Assembly: GCF_046119375.1 (NCBI RefSeq)
Contig: NW_027362763.1
Coordinates: 61,318,001 to 61,382,000 of the forward strand
Length of the DNA: 64,000 nt
Direction of reading: 5' to 3'
From: Phyllobates terribilis
Taxonomy: Eukaryota
The notes below the pieces were generated by a model. That model worked only from the letters and a program-made list of their open reading frames with translations, did no database searches and was not told the origin of the DNA. The translations under genes and the position numbers were made by a program. Of the stretch, positions 24,201 through 36,793 are shown in pieces (position 1 is the stretch's first letter; every line of letters starts with the position of its first letter).

Positions 24201-27200
24201 CAGGAGTGGGTGATAAATACAGAAGTGGTGACGTGTTTCTATTATACTTTTCCTCTGATTGTTCCACTCCTGATTTTAGCTTACAAATACTGATGTAAAA
24301 TACTGACCAAATACTGAATGTGTGAACGTGGCCTTTTGGTCCATTCAGATATCCATGCTTTTCACGGAGAGAACACCCACACCTATTATACTCTATGAGC
24401 ATCTTCATGTGTCTGTTTTATTTTTGCAGACCGATTGTCCACAGAACCATGTCCATTTTTAACCCGATTTGTGGAGTCCATGGAAGAAGGAAAAAAAACA
24501 TTTTTTTTATTTTTGCATACAAGAAAAACAAATGCCACACTGATGATAAAAGCGGACACAGATCAAAAACGGATGAAAATCAGACCCGTAACAGTGATGA
24601 AACGGTCTGTTCTCGTACTCAGAAAGAAAAAAATAATGAAAGTTTAAACGAGGCCTATCGGCTAGGGCTAGACTTTGGTCGGGTGGTGTGAAGGTCACAT
24701 GCTAGGGTTATACTGTGACTTTAGATGCAGAATATGGAGTCTCGGACAGTACTGAGTTCAGCTTGACCGACAATTATTCTAGAATTCCCAAATTCTTCAA
24801 CAGTGTAAAACCACAAAGTTAAAGGACCATACTCAAATTATTGATCGTATCAGATGGGAGAAATTTATGAAGGATTTTGTTCCTGAAAAAAAAAAAGGTT
24901 TTGCAATTTTTCTCTTCTATAAATATTTTATTATGAGGTTTAGAGCCTCCACTGCCTTGTAAAAATTCCATATTTTACATCAGAAATTGTCAAATTAAAG
25001 CCGGGTCTCTGGCTTACAGACAAAGATCTGATTTATTTATTCGGAGACGTGCATTTCTTTAAAGGGGTTGTCCACGAAATTCTGCAAGCGCTGTGAGGCC
25101 TCTCTGAGACCAAGCAGTCGTGTGACCACAAGTATGTGATATGCGTACTTTCAGCCACAATAAGACTTCACTTCATTAGCAGTGAGCATGGCCACACATG
25201 TCTAGTTGGAATGTGACCGGAAGTACACGTCACATACCTGAGGTCACATGACCGCTCTTCCGCCGCCGGCATTGGAGAATCCACCGTACACAATGGGAGG
25301 ATGCCCAAGTCTGCAGTCACAGAGTGAAGGGGTTGTTCAGGTTTTTCACGAAAATCTGCGTTCAAACCCTAGCGTATGAATTATTGCAACAGCCTAATTT
25401 TAAACTGCACCAAATTGATCAAAATACCTGGAGGTGGTTAATAAACCTGGAGCAACTTTAGACTCTCTAGTCCACATTTATACTATTTTGTTAGCTTATT
25501 TAGGTCCACACTTACAACAGATTTTGGTGCACTGTGGCATGATTTAGGCTACACCACTTTCCAATAAACAATGTGTGTAGAGTCTTTTGGTGTAAGTCTG
25601 CTCAAAGAAATGTCAGAAGAAAAAAAAGACTTTCTTTTATAAAACCACTTCTTGGGTCATACAGTATATTCTGTATTTTGAGCATTTTTATTCACTGGTT
25701 TTTTTTTGTTGTTTTTTTTTAAAAAACAAACGCTGGATGGAAGAAAAAATAATATAAATAAAAAAATTCATGTCACTTCTTTAAAGCTGATCCTGATGGA
25801 AAACGCTCCAAATTAGGCTAGAAAAGACACTTCAGGCAAAAAAAAAAAAAAAAAACTCCTCCAAAAACTCTGTATACAAGACTCATTTCCTAAGACGATT
25901 TCCACTAGCAAACTCGTTTTTGACCACCTTAAAAAAAAAACTGTGTGCACATATCCTAAAGAATAGAGCCTACCTTCATTGTGCCGACACATTCCAGGTC
26001 TCCCCTCTCTATATATACACAGAAACCCCATTCTCTGTTATCAGCCATTTCAGGCAAATTATCAAATACCCGAAGCAACATGAAGATCAGACCACTCGCA
26101 CCCTAACACTGCTCTGCCTTATTTCGCTGCAGACCTCAAGTTTGGTGACCCTTTAAAACTCCATAATTGAATCAAAAATAAAAAAATCACAATAAAAAAA
26201 AAGGTAACAATTATGCCCTCATAGAATAATTTGAGTTTTTTATATGTAAAAATAATTTAATATTTTGTAGCAAATCAGTAGCAGGAAATTTGTCTTTTCT
26301 TTCTGTCTCTGTGGCGTCACATAGTGAGAGCAGTACGGCACGGCTTCGGGTTTGGGATTTTCACTCCGGGACTTCATCTCTGTAAGAAACAACATAAAAG
26401 CGCAAGTAAATAATGGAGCGTATAACAAATAGTTCTACAGCAAAAGGTATTCAGGAAATTGATCGGAATAATCCGCAATAAACCAGCTGAGATTCTCCTG
26501 TAAAATCCATGTTTGCCTTTTCTGAACATTGCCTTATTTTTCTAGATCCGTTATCTAACAAGAGCAAAATAAAAAAAAAAATGAACCCCTTAATGACATC
26601 ACAAGTCACATGCAGGGTGTATAAGAGCCTGCTCTATACTGGGCAGACGCTGGCTGTGATGCACAGACAACATCGACCTCTAACAGCAGTGACCGGAGAC
26701 ACTTCCAATCGCCGCACTTTAACCTTTCAAACGTCGCTATAAATCACTGACGGCAGCATTTAAAAGGCTCCTGTACCGTAGCACACGCACCGGCTACCAT
26801 CGCCCCCCCCCCTCCCCAGTGATCATGGGCAGCCAGTGGGTCACCATGGCAGCTGTGGTTCAATTGAGGACCCAAATGGCTGCCAACCAGGGCCGGAGTC
26901 AGCACCCGGCGCACCCAGGCAAGTGCCGGGGCCCTGGACCATCAGGGGGGCCCACTCGTTGTCGGGGCCCAGGCCGCTTCCCCGGCATGTGTGCAGCCAG
27001 GACAGATGGCGCTGCTTGATTGCCAGCACTTCACCAGACATGGCCGCGTGCAGTGCGCTATGTTTGGTAGTAACGATACGGCAGGCGCGATACTGCGCCT
27101 TTAATTTTGCTTGTGTGTCACTCCTGCCGCGTCATTGCTAGCAGACACAGCCGCACAGCGCACTGCCATGTCTGAAGTGCCGGCAATCAAACACCGCCGG

Positions 27201-27380
27201 AGGTCCTGCACAGATGCGGGGCAGCAGCCCAGGCCCCGACGGAGAGTGGGCCCTCCTGATGGTCCAGGGCCCCATGTCTGTGACACGCCGGCAGCCCTGC
27301 ACAGCTACATGGCAGAGGAGCTGGGCTGGAGACAGGACCGGGGACAGATGAGCGAGCTTCCCCAATCCCCACATTAAAAA
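21300..27380. mobile_element. Intergenic cluster of non-autonomous DNA elements (TTAA-type, Harbinger-like, hAT-like)
   Basis: Termini such as aagggttaaa (~23445), aggctgtgtgcaca (~23783), aggccatagtcacacgttcag/ctgaatgtgtgaacgtggcct (~24163-24333), aaccccttaatgac (~26584) and cagggccgg (~26888); no credible ORFs. Confidence 0.55.
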
Positions 27381-27385
27381 TATTT

Positions 27386-28230
27386 CTAATGTGTCAGCAT
27401 GTGCATGTATGNNNNNNNNNNNNNNNNNNNNNNNNNNNNNNNNNNNNNNNNNNNNNNNNNNNNNNNNNNNNNNNNNNNNNNNNNNNNNNNNNNNNNNNNN
27501 NNNNNNNNNNNNNNNNNNNNNNNNNNNNNNNNNNNNNNNNNNNNNNNNNNNNNNNNNNNNNNNNNGCATGTGTGCATATCTGTGCGCGCATGTGTGTNNN
27601 NNNNNNNNNNNNNNNNNNNNNNNNNNNNNNNNNNNNNNNNNNNNNNNNNNNNNNNNNNNNNNNNNNNNNNNNNNNNNNNNNNNNNNNNNNNNNNNNNNNN
27701 NNNNNNNNNNNNNNNNNNNNNNNNNNNNNNNNNNNNNNNNNNNNNNNNNNNNNNNNNNNNNNNNNNNNNNNNNNNNNNNNNNNNNNNNNNNNNNNNNNNN
27801 NNNNNNNNNNNNNNNNNNNNNNNNNNNNNNNNNNNNNNNNNNNNNNNNNNNNNNNNNNNNNNNNNNNNNNNNNNNNNNNNNNNNNNNNNNNNNNNNNNNN
27901 NNNNNNNNNNNNNNNNNNNNNNNNNNNNNNNNNNNNNNNNNNNNNNNNNNNNNNNNNNNNTGTGTGTGCGCGCATGTGCATATCTGTGCATGTGTGTGTG
28001 CGCATGTGTGCATATCTGTGCATGTGTGTGTGCGCATGTGTGCATATCTGTGCATGTGTGTGTGCATATCTGTGCATGTGTGTGTGTGCATTTGTGCATA
28101 TCTGTGCATGTGTGTGTGTGCATGTGTGCATATCTGTGCATATTTGTGTACCATGTGCATGTGCGTGCGCCTGTCTGCGTACCGTGCGCGCATGTCTGCG
28201 TACCGTGCGCGCGCGCATGTCTCCATATGT
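27386..28230. repeat. TG/CA-rich low-complexity satellite interrupted by N-runs
   Basis: tgtgcatatctgtgcatgtg repeats; Ns at 27412-27565 and 27598-27960. Confidence 0.9.
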
Positions 28231-28776
28231 GAAGGATGAGGGGGCAGGCTGGGCCCTGTGTTGTATACTTATATTTCTCTGCCGTATCTGTGCATCATGA
28301 ATGGTGGGATGTGTTAAAGGGGCCACTGAGACTCTTTCGCCCGGGGCCCACGAAAACCTGGAGACGGCCCTGATGCCAACTTTATTTTCCAGTGAAGCGG
28401 AGCCTCAGAAAAGAGAAGAATTAACTGGGTAGAAAGGGAAAATGAGCAATTGTAAGTACACAGTGCCGTATAATATGATGCTTGTAATATATTACGGCCT
28501 CCTGCTTTAGCCCGATGGTCCAACTATCCACCCTTGTAAAGTGAGAAGATGGGCAGCTGAAAGGTAATGACAGCAGGAAGAGAGAAGGCGGATGGACCTG
28601 GTGAAAGCGAGTCGTTCCGACATTGTTTTTTTTTTTTTCTGCGGGAGGAGCTGTGTTTCTTATTAGTACCATTTTGAAGACCACTCAACTTTCAAATCTC
28701 ATTATTCCATATTTTTTAGGGGGTGCAAAGAAGCAGAATAACAGGGAATCGGCTACCGGATCCTGTTTAGTTGTAT

Positions 28777-28782
28777 TTTATT
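28777..28782 (-). terminator. Candidate SLC25A27 polyA signal AATAAA
   Basis: tttatt on plus ~140 nt past the stop; lies in AT-rich, repeat-like DNA, so uncertain. Confidence 0.35.
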
Positions 28783-28922
28783 TTGAAATTTTATATTTTT
28801 AAAATAATTGTTTAATACTTTTTTCATTTGACATTTTTAGTTAGTCCCTTATTTTTCTAGTTTTCTACATTTGGAGCAGATTTATGAATCCTCCAGCACA
28901 ATGACTTACCCCACGATGAGAA

Positions 28923-28994
28923 TCAAAATGAACTCACTCCCACAATTCTCCTGATCTGCTCGTAAGTCAGCCAGAAAACCAGCGACCAGGGGGC
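28923..28994 (-). CDS. SLC25A27: SLC25A27 (UCP4) exon 9
   Basis: Acceptor cattttgcag; APWSLVFWLTYEQIRRIVGVSSF*; 72 nt, phase 0. Confidence 0.95.
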   Translation of the reverse strand, partial: APWSLVFWLTYEQIRRIVGVSSF

Positions 28995-29380
28995 CTGCAA
29001 AATGCACCAAGCAACACCACGTCCGTAAAGAGCACAGCTCATCTCATGTTCTTACGGTACACTGTTTTTATACTATTGGAGTACCCCTTTAATTCAAGTC
29101 ACTCAAGTAGCAGTTCAAACCTAAGAAATATATATACTGTATAATAAAAAAAAATGATGATATATTTTTCTTATACAGTATATTATATATATATATATAT
29201 ATATATATTATACAGTATATTATATTTTTTATACAGTATATATTTTCATAGTGTCTTTAATAGTAGGCACACATTTCAGGTAGCCCACTATTAAAGAGTA
29301 TGAATATTCACTACTCCCCAATCCCATGGGCGTGGGGAGTAGTGAATATTCATGTTCTTTAATATATAAATATATATACA

Positions 29381-29640
29381 CAGTACAGACCAAAAGTTTG
29401 GACACACCTCATTTAAAGATTTTTCTGTATTTTCATGACTATGAAAATTGTACATTCACACTGAAGGCATCAAAACTATGAATTAACACATGTGGAATTA
29501 TATACTTAACAAAAAAGTGTGAAACAACTGAAAATATGTCTTATATTCTAGGTTCTTCAAAGTAGCCACCTTTTGCTTTGATGACTGCTTTGCACACTCT
29601 TGGCATTCTCTTGATGAGCTTCAAGAGGTAGTCTGTACTG
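29381..29640 (+). mobile_element. Minimal Tc1 derivative (same family as 10064-10745)
   Basis: cagtacagaccaaaagtttggacac left arm joined directly to the last 10 bp (gtctgtactg|TA) of the right TIR. Confidence 0.85.
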
Positions 29641-29941
29641 TATATATACACACACACACCAGGATGGGGGATACAGATACAGAATTGGGGACATTACCCC
29701 TATAAGCCTGTCAGCAGTAGACCCCCTCCCCCATAACAGAGCATCATGACCACATTTTTTATTCATTTTTTTTCTATTTACCTCCTCTAAAACATAGGTT
29801 CGCCTTATGGTCCGGTGCATCTTAATGGTTCAAAAAATACGGTATATATTATTTTATTACTCCATAGTATATATATTAACAAGAAAGAAATCTTGAAAAT
29901 ACAGTGATTAAAATGGCAAATATTCATTAGGGAGACGTTAC

Positions 29942-30044
29942 CATTCTCATCCATGTGGGAATAAAGCCCTTATAGAGGGACAGGAAGCCTTCACCGCGCA
30001 CAGCTTGAACAAAGCAATCTGTAGAAGACTTGTACAATATCCCC
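29942..30044 (-). CDS. SLC25A27: SLC25A27 exon 8
   Basis: ttacag|...[34 protein letters not shown]|gtaacg; 103 nt. Confidence 0.96.
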
Positions 30045-30322
30045 CTGTAAAATATAGAGAGACCACACATTGCACACGCAGTAGGACAGCACCAGCACCC
30101 TACAAGGCTGGACAAAGAATATAAAAAAGGNNNNNNNNNNNNNNNNNNNNNNNNNNNNNNNNNNNNNNNNNNNNNNNNNNNNNNNNNNNNNNNNNNNNNN
30201 NNNNNNNNNNNNNNNNNNNNNNNNNNNNNNNNNNNNNNNNNNNNNNNNNNNNNNNNNNNNNNNNNNNNNNNNNNNNNNNNNNNNNNNNNNNNNNNNNNNN
30301 NNNNNNNNNNNNNNNNNNNNNN

Positions 30323-30554
30323 TTTGGAAAGAGACAACATTTTTCTAATTTTGGTTCTAGACATTACCACAATGAATTTTAAACAAAACAATTCAGATGC
30401 AGTTGAAGTTCAGACTTTCAGCTTTCATTTGAGGGTATCCACAATAAAATTGGATGAAGGGTTTAGGAGTTTCAGCTCCTTAACATGTGCCACCCTGTCT
30501 AGAACCAAAATTAGAAAAATGTTGTCTCTGTCCAAATATATATGGACCTAACTG
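30323..30554. mobile_element. Tc1-derived MITE, left end inside an N-run
   Basis: Inverted arms gagacaacatttttctaattttggttctagaca / tgtctagaaccaaaattagaaaaatgttgtctc; ends tatggacctaactg. Confidence 0.75.
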
Positions 30555-30582
30555 TGTGTGTGTGTGTGTGTGTATGTATATA

Positions 30583-30622
<40 letters not shown>

Positions 30623-30947
30623 TGTTCCAAATTATTATACAAATAATATTCTCAGATTTTCCCAAATTACCTATATGAATTGCAGTCATTGTAATTTTCC
30701 AGTCAAATAACTATTAGAGTACAATTGAAAGGTTTTTGTACAAACTGCCTGTGATAACAGTATATTTTTAAAAAAATAAAAAACTCAAACTGCACTCAAA
30801 ATGCATGTTCCAAATTATTATGCACAGCAGAGTTTTCAACCTTTTCATTTTAATAAAAAAAGGTCATTTTTGAAATTATAAGCATTAGCAGGTTATTACA
30901 AACTAAAATCAAACAGTTTTTAACTCAACTTTATTCTAGGTGATGTT

Positions 30948-32642
30948 TGTAACGGGTCTGGGAGGCGGAACCTCTGAGCAACTTATACAAGGGGGCAATC
31001 CTTGTAAGGAAGCGGGTGGCGACCAGGGAAGACAGGCAGGCGGTCACAGCAGGTGACCGGGACAGTCTCTGGGTAAACGGGCAGGAGGTCACAGCAAGTG
31101 ACCGGGACAGTCTCTGGGTAAACGGGCAGGAGGTCACAGCAAGTGCCCGGGGCAGTCTCTGGGTAAACGGGCAGGAGGTCACGGCAAGTGACCGGGGCAG
31201 TCTCTGGGTAAACGGGCAGGAGGTCACGGCAAGTGACCGGGGCAGTCTCTGGGTAAACGGGCAGGAGGTCACGGCAAGTGACCGGGGCAGTCTCTGGGTA
31301 AACGGGCAGGAGGTCACGGCAAGTGACCGGGGCAGTCTCTGGGTAAACGGGCAGGTACGACCTGTGACGGCTGAGCCTCCAGGTAGGCTAGCAGGCAGAT
31401 GGCAGATGAGTGCTCCCAGGTGAGCAGGCGAGAGTCTCAGGATAAGCAGGTGGTCACAGCATGTGACGGCGGAGCCTCCAGGTAGGCTAACAGGCAGGTA
31501 GCAGATGAGCGCTCCCAGGTGAGCGGGCAAGAGTCTCTGGACTGGCAGGTGGTCACAGCACGTGACGGCGGAGCCTCTAGGTAGGCTAACAGGCAGGTAG
31601 CAGATGAGCGCTCCCAGGTGAGCGGGCAAGAGTCTCTGGACTGGCAGGTGGTCACAGCACGTGACGGCGGAGCCTCTAGGTAGGCTAACAGGCAGGTAGC
31701 AGATGAGCGCTCCCAGGTGAGTGGGCAAAAGTCTCTGGACTGGCAGGTGGTCCCAGCACGTGACGGCGGAGCCTCCAGGTAGGCTATCAGGCAGGTAGCA
31801 GGTGAGCGCTCCCAGGTGAGTGGGCAAAAGTCTCTGGACTGGCAGGTGGTCCCAGCACGTGACGGCGGAGCCTCCAGGTAGGCTATCAGGCAGGTAGCAG
31901 GTGAGCGCTCCCAGGTGAGCGGGCAAGAGTCTCTGGACTGGCAGGTGGTCCCAGCACGTGACGGCGGAGCCTCCAGGTAGGCTATCAGGCAGGTAGCAGG
32001 TGAGCGGGCAAGAGTCTCTGGACTGGCAGGTGGTCACAGCACGTGACGGCGGAGCCTCCAGGTAGGCTATCAGGCAGATAGCAGGTGAGCGCTCCCAGGT
32101 GAGCGGGCAAGCTGGTCCATAGACAGACTGACAGGTGTCGGAAGGCAGACCGTCGGACCTCAGGCTAGCAAGCAGGAAAGCGGATGACAGGCAGGAATCA
32201 GGCAGCAAACTGGCAGGAGACTGGCAGCAAACTGGCAGGAGACTGGCAGGTAACTGGCAGGAGACTGGCAGGTAACTGGCAGGAGACTGGCAGGTAACTG
32301 GCAGGAGACTGGCAGGTAACTGGCAGGAGACTGGCAGGTAACTGGCAACGGGACCTGAGGGCTGAAGCAGAGTAGTGAACAGTGCAACAACATTGCTCGG
32401 GCACCTCCATTTTGGAGGAGGTGCCTTATATATGGAGGGATCCTCCGGCCATTGGCCGGGGACTCCTTAGGGCGACGCGCGCGGCCCCTTTAAGAGAGGG
32501 GGAGCGCGCGCGCGCCCTAAGCACAGTGACCGGGGGAGAGCGGGCGCTGCAAGCAGAGCGGGAGGAAGCCGCCGGGCACGGAGCAGAGAGGTGAGGGGAA
32601 CAGCGTTCCTGCCTAGCAGGAGGCAGGGACGCCGACGCTACA
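30948..32642 (-). repeat. 3' LTR (1695 bp) with 45-bp x7, ~99-bp x8 and 22-bp tandem arrays and an intact TATA/CCAAT module
   Basis: tgtaacgggtctggg ... gccgacgctaca; homologous to 36796-37982. Confidence 0.95.
32393..32455 (-). promoter_or_regulatory. LTR core promoter: CCAAT (32451-32455), TATATAAG (32425-32432), predicted TSS ~32402 starting GCCCGAGCAA
   Basis: TATA box lies 30 nt upstream of a decamer complementary to the PBS. Confidence 0.75.
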
Positions 32643-32644
32643 GT

Positions 32645-32676
32645 ACCCCCCCCTTTAGGCCCCCCCTTTTTTAGGC
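32645..32676 (-). other. Polypurine tract
   Basis: Minus strand AAAAAAGGGGGGGCCTAAAGGGGGGGTA immediately before the 3' LTR. Confidence 0.9.
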
Positions 32677-35600
32677 CAGACAAAAATTTAGCAAGGATGA
32701 GAGGGGCATGGATGTTCTCCCGGGGCTCCCATGTTCTCTCCTCAGGACCAAACCCCTTCCAATCCACTAGAAAAAAGGTCTTTCCTCTTACCCTTTTGGT
32801 GGCCAGAATGTTCTCTACCTCAAACTCGTCTTCAGCAGAAACCGGAGCAGGAGGCGTACCTGTAGACTTGGAAAAGGAGTTAAGTACCACGGGTTTGAGA
32901 AGAGATACATGGAAGGAGTTAGGAATCCGTAAGTTGGCCGGGAGTTTCAATTTATAGGCCACCGGGTTGATCTGTTTGATAACCTCCAGTGGGCCGATGA
33001 ACAGAGGCCCTAACTTATAGGAAGGAATCTTGAGCCGGACATATTTGGATGAGAACCAGACTTTATCTCCGGGACGAAATTGTGGGGAATCCAGGCGTTT
33101 TTTGTCGGCGTGTCTCTTCATCCGCTCGGACGACTGAAGGAGTGCGGATCGGGTACTCTCCCAAATGGAGGAAAATTTGCTAACGAGAGATTCCGCAGCC
33201 GGGTTGTCCACAGAGGTGGAGACAGGAAAAGGGATCCGAGGATGCTGACCGAAGACTACAAAAAACGGGGATTTAGAAGAAGATTCGCTCTCGTGATTGT
33301 TGTAAGAGAACTCGGCCCATGGTAGGAGATCCACCCAGTCTGAATGGTGGGCATTAACGAAGTGCCGGAGGTAACTGGTCAAATTCTGATTGATCCGCTC
33401 CACTTGACCATTGGACTGTGGGTGGTAAGCGGAGGAGAAGTCCAGGGTGACGGCGAGCAGTTTACATGTGGATCTCCAGAAGCGTGAGGTGAACTGAACC
33501 CCACGATCCGACACGATGTGGAGAGGCAGACCATGGAGACGGAAGATGTGGCGGATAAAGTCTTTAGCTAGCTCGGGAGCAGACGGGAGGCCTGGCAGGG
33601 GAATAAAATGAGCCATTTTAGAAAAGCGGTCAGCGACCACCCAAATGACCGTACAACCGGCAGAGACGGGGAGATCTGTTATGAAGTCCATAGCTATATG
33701 TTGCCATGGGGCAGCAGGCACAGGCAGAGGAAGAAGGCGGCCGGTAGGCAGGTGTCTCGGAACTTTGTTACGGGCGCAGGACACACAGGCAGAAACGAAG
33801 TCAATTACATCCTTGTGCAGGGTAGGCCACCAGTAGTGCCGGGTAATAAGCTGGAGGGTCTTTTCCTGACCGGCGTGCCCAGCTAGCTTAGACGAGTGAC
33901 CCCAGTGTAGAATCTTCTCCCGATCGGACACCGTTACGAACGTCTTACCGGGAGGGAGACGATTTAGGCCCACGGGGGCTACCTGCATTACTCTGGCGGG
34001 ATCGATGATGTGTTTAGGCTCCTCCTCAAGATCAGACACCAGAAAGGATCGGGACAGGGCGTCAGCTTTGATGTTCTTGTCAGCCGGACGAAAATGAAGA
34101 ATGAAATCAAAGCGGGCAAAAAACAAAGACCACCGGGCTTGGCGCGGGTTAAGTCTCTGGGCGCTCTGGAGATATGCCAAGTTCTTGTGGTCAGTGTAAA
34201 TTATTACCGGGTGGAGAGCCCCCTCGAGCAGGTAACGCCACTCCTCCAGTGCCATCTTAATGGCCAACAATTCTCGGTCTCCTATAGAATAATTGCGCTC
34301 AGAAGAGGAGAAAAGTTTGGAGAAAAAGCCGCAGGTTACCTTTCTTCCGGAAGAAGATTTTTGGGTAAGTACCGCCCCAGCTCCGGAGGAGGAAGCGTCA
34401 ACTTCTAGGAAGAATTGTTTGTTGCCGTCCGGACGATGCAGCACTGAGGCGGAGAGGAAGGCCTGTTTTAAGGAAAGAAATGCCTCCTCTGCTTCGGGCG
34501 GCCATTCTCTGGGGTTCGTACCTTTATGGGTGAGAGCACAGATAGGGGCGGTCCGGGAAGAGAAGTGCGGTATGAACAGGCGGTAATAGTTGGCGAAGCC
34601 CAGGAACCGCTGAATAGCCTTCAACCCCTCTGGTCGGGGCCACTTCTGGATGGCAGACAGTTTCTCAGGATCCATTTGTAGACCTGTCTGAGAGATTATG
34701 TAGCCCAGAAATGGAAGAGAGGTCTGCTCAAAGATGCACTTCTCATATTTAGCGTAGAGGTGGTTCTGCCTGAGCAGGACCTGACGAACGTCCCTCCGGT
34801 GAGTAGGAAGATCCGGAGAGAAGACCAAGATATCGTCCAGGTACACCACCACGCAGGAGTAGAGAAGATCACGGAAAATGTCATTGACCAACTCTTGAAA
34901 GACGGCAGGAGCGTTACAGAGACCGAAGGGCATCACAAGGTACTCATAGTGGCTGTCCCGGGTATTGAATGCCGTCTTCCACTCATCCCCCTGACGGATA
35001 CGGACCAGGTTATACGCCCCACGGAGATCCAGTTTGGTGAAGATTCTAGCCCCCCTCAGACGGTCAAATAATTCAGGAATAAGCGGAAGGGGGTATTTAT
35101 TCTTCACTGTAATCTGGTTTAGGCCTCTATAGTCTATACATGGACGGAGTGAGCCGTCCTTCTTTTTGACAAAGAAGAAGCCTGCTCCCGCCGGGGAGGT
35201 AGATTTCCGGATAAATCCCCGGGCCAGGTTCTCCTCAATATATTCAGACATGGACCGGGTTTCAGCAGCGGACAAAGGGTAGATTCGCCCACGGGGAGGA
35301 GTAGAGCCGGGCATCAGGTCGATTGGGCAGTCGTATGGTCTATGAGGAGGTAAAGTCTCTGCCTCTTTTTTATTGAAGACATCCGCATAAGACCAATAGG
35401 GAACCGGAAGACCGGGCAGATTGGCTGGGGTAGGAGAAGGACGGGCAGGACGAACGGGAACTAGACAAGTCTTATGGCAGTCCTGTCCCCAGCGAAGGAC
35501 CTCTCCGGTCTGCCAATCAAGCACGGGTGCATGTTTCTGGAGCCAAGGCAGGCCAAGCAATAGTGCGTGAGAGAGTCCAGGCAGAACATGAAAGGAGATG

Positions 35601-35859
35601 CTCTCAGAATGCAGCATTCCCACCTGTAGAGTCAGAGATTCGGTGAGGAGTTGGATGGGATGTGGTAAGAGGCCCCATCCACGGCGGCGACAGATAAAGG
35701 TACGGCCAGAGGTTTGGTGGGAATGTGGTATTTTTCTACCAGGGATTGAGAGATGACATTTCCAGCAGCTCCAGAGTCAAGTTGAGCCAGTTCAAAATAG
35801 CGGTTCTCTCCGCAGAAGATAGAAACAGACAGCATCAGGGATGGAGAGGGTTTACTTTT

Positions 35860-35904
35860 GTCTAGGGCGACCTCTCCGAGCGATCCTAGACACAGGCGTT
35901 TCCC
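35860..35904 (-). other. -1 ribosomal frameshift signal (G GGA AAC plus stem)
   Basis: Slippery heptamer at 35904-35898, five codons before the gag TAG; downstream stem GTCTAGG/CCTAGAC; the -1 frame leads into the protease. Confidence 0.8.
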
Positions 35905-36782
35905 GACCTCTCAGGACAGGAACGGATCCGGTGCTCCTTACTGCCACAGTAGAAACAGCTCCCCTCGGCACGACGTAAGTCTTGACGGGTCTTGACCATC
36001 TTGGTCTGGTCGACCTGTATAGGCTCAGGTGAGTGTGCCTGGAGAGTGACGGGTCTCTGAGAGGTAGGGACTAGACGTGGAATCCTCCTCTCACGGGTGA
36101 CCTCCCTAGCGCGCTCCTGGAACCGGATGTCAATCCGAGTGGCAAGTGTAATCAAGTCGTCGAGAGTGGTAGGAATGTCCCGACCAGCGAGTTCATCTTT
36201 AATACGGCCGGACAGACCCTCCCAGAAGACGGACACCAGGGCGTCGTTATCCCAGGCCAGCTCCGAAGCAAGGGTACGGAACCGTATGGCATATTGGCCC
36301 ACGGTGAGACTCCCTTGACGGAGGCGTAGCAGAGATGAGGCGGATGAGGTCCTCCGTCCGGGTTCGTCGAAGACCTTCCGGAAAGCCGTGAGAAAGGCTG
36401 GCAGGTCGGACACCAGAGAGTCTCCTCTCTCCCATAGAGGATTTAGCCAAGCCAGTGCCTCTCCCGTGAGATGGGACATGATGAAGGCTACTTTGGCCCG
36501 GTCGGAATTAAACTGGTGGGACTGGTGTTCAAAGTGCAGGGTGCACTAGTTAATGAAGCCCCGAGCTTGAGCGGAGTCGCCTCCGAAGCGAGGAGGTGCA
36601 GAAAGCCGGATTCCAGAGCAGGATACTATGGTATTGGTGGTTGCTGGTGGGGCAGTCAAAGTGTCCAGGCGAGTATTGACTTTCCGCAGGTGACCCAGGA
36701 TGGACTCCTGTTGGGACCTCTGTCGGGACAGTTCATGACAAAGGTCCGAGAGCGAGGGAGCTTGGGTGCCACCGGGTTCCAT
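35886..36782 (-). pseudogene. Retrotransposon gag with premature TAG at 36546-36548
   Basis: MEPGG..PPRFGGDSAQARGFIN*CTLHF..AFIMSHLTGEALAW..LRQGSLTVGQYAIRF..CFYCGSKEHRIRSC (CCHC knuckle); the two ORF-track pieces are in the same frame. Confidence 0.92.
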
Positions 36783-36783
36783 G

Positions 36784-36793
36784 GCCCGAGCAA
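36784..36793 (-). other. Non-tRNA primer-binding site TTGCTCGGGC
   Basis: 2 nt after the 5' LTR CA end; lacks the TGG start of tRNA PBSs; complementary to 32402-32393. Confidence 0.8.

Larger units (their letters stand above)
32426..35904 (-). pseudogene. Retrotransposon pol (protease, RT, RNase H, integrase, chromodomain)
   Basis: LDSGAAGN protease; VYLDDILVFS RT; LEVDASS/RELLAI/YTDHKNL RNase H; HHCC plus MDFITDL/SDRGVQF/NGQVER integrase; EFEVENIL..FLVDWKGFGPEERTWEP chromodomain. A frame break near 35673-35676 separates the protease from the 1065-codon ORF. Confidence 0.95.

Noticed and set aside
27138-28326. Long His/Cys/Thr-rich ORFs
   Set aside because: TG/CA repeats plus N-runs translated as X
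30131-30322. N-runs (also 27412-27565, 27598-27960, 39193-39360) as features
   Set aside because: Undetermined or masked bases; they hide transposon ends but carry no information
30931-32208. 425-aa and 342-aa (36656-37684) ORFs as an env-like or accessory gene
   Set aside because: They are translations of LTR tandem arrays, open in several frames, with no signal peptide or transmembrane logic
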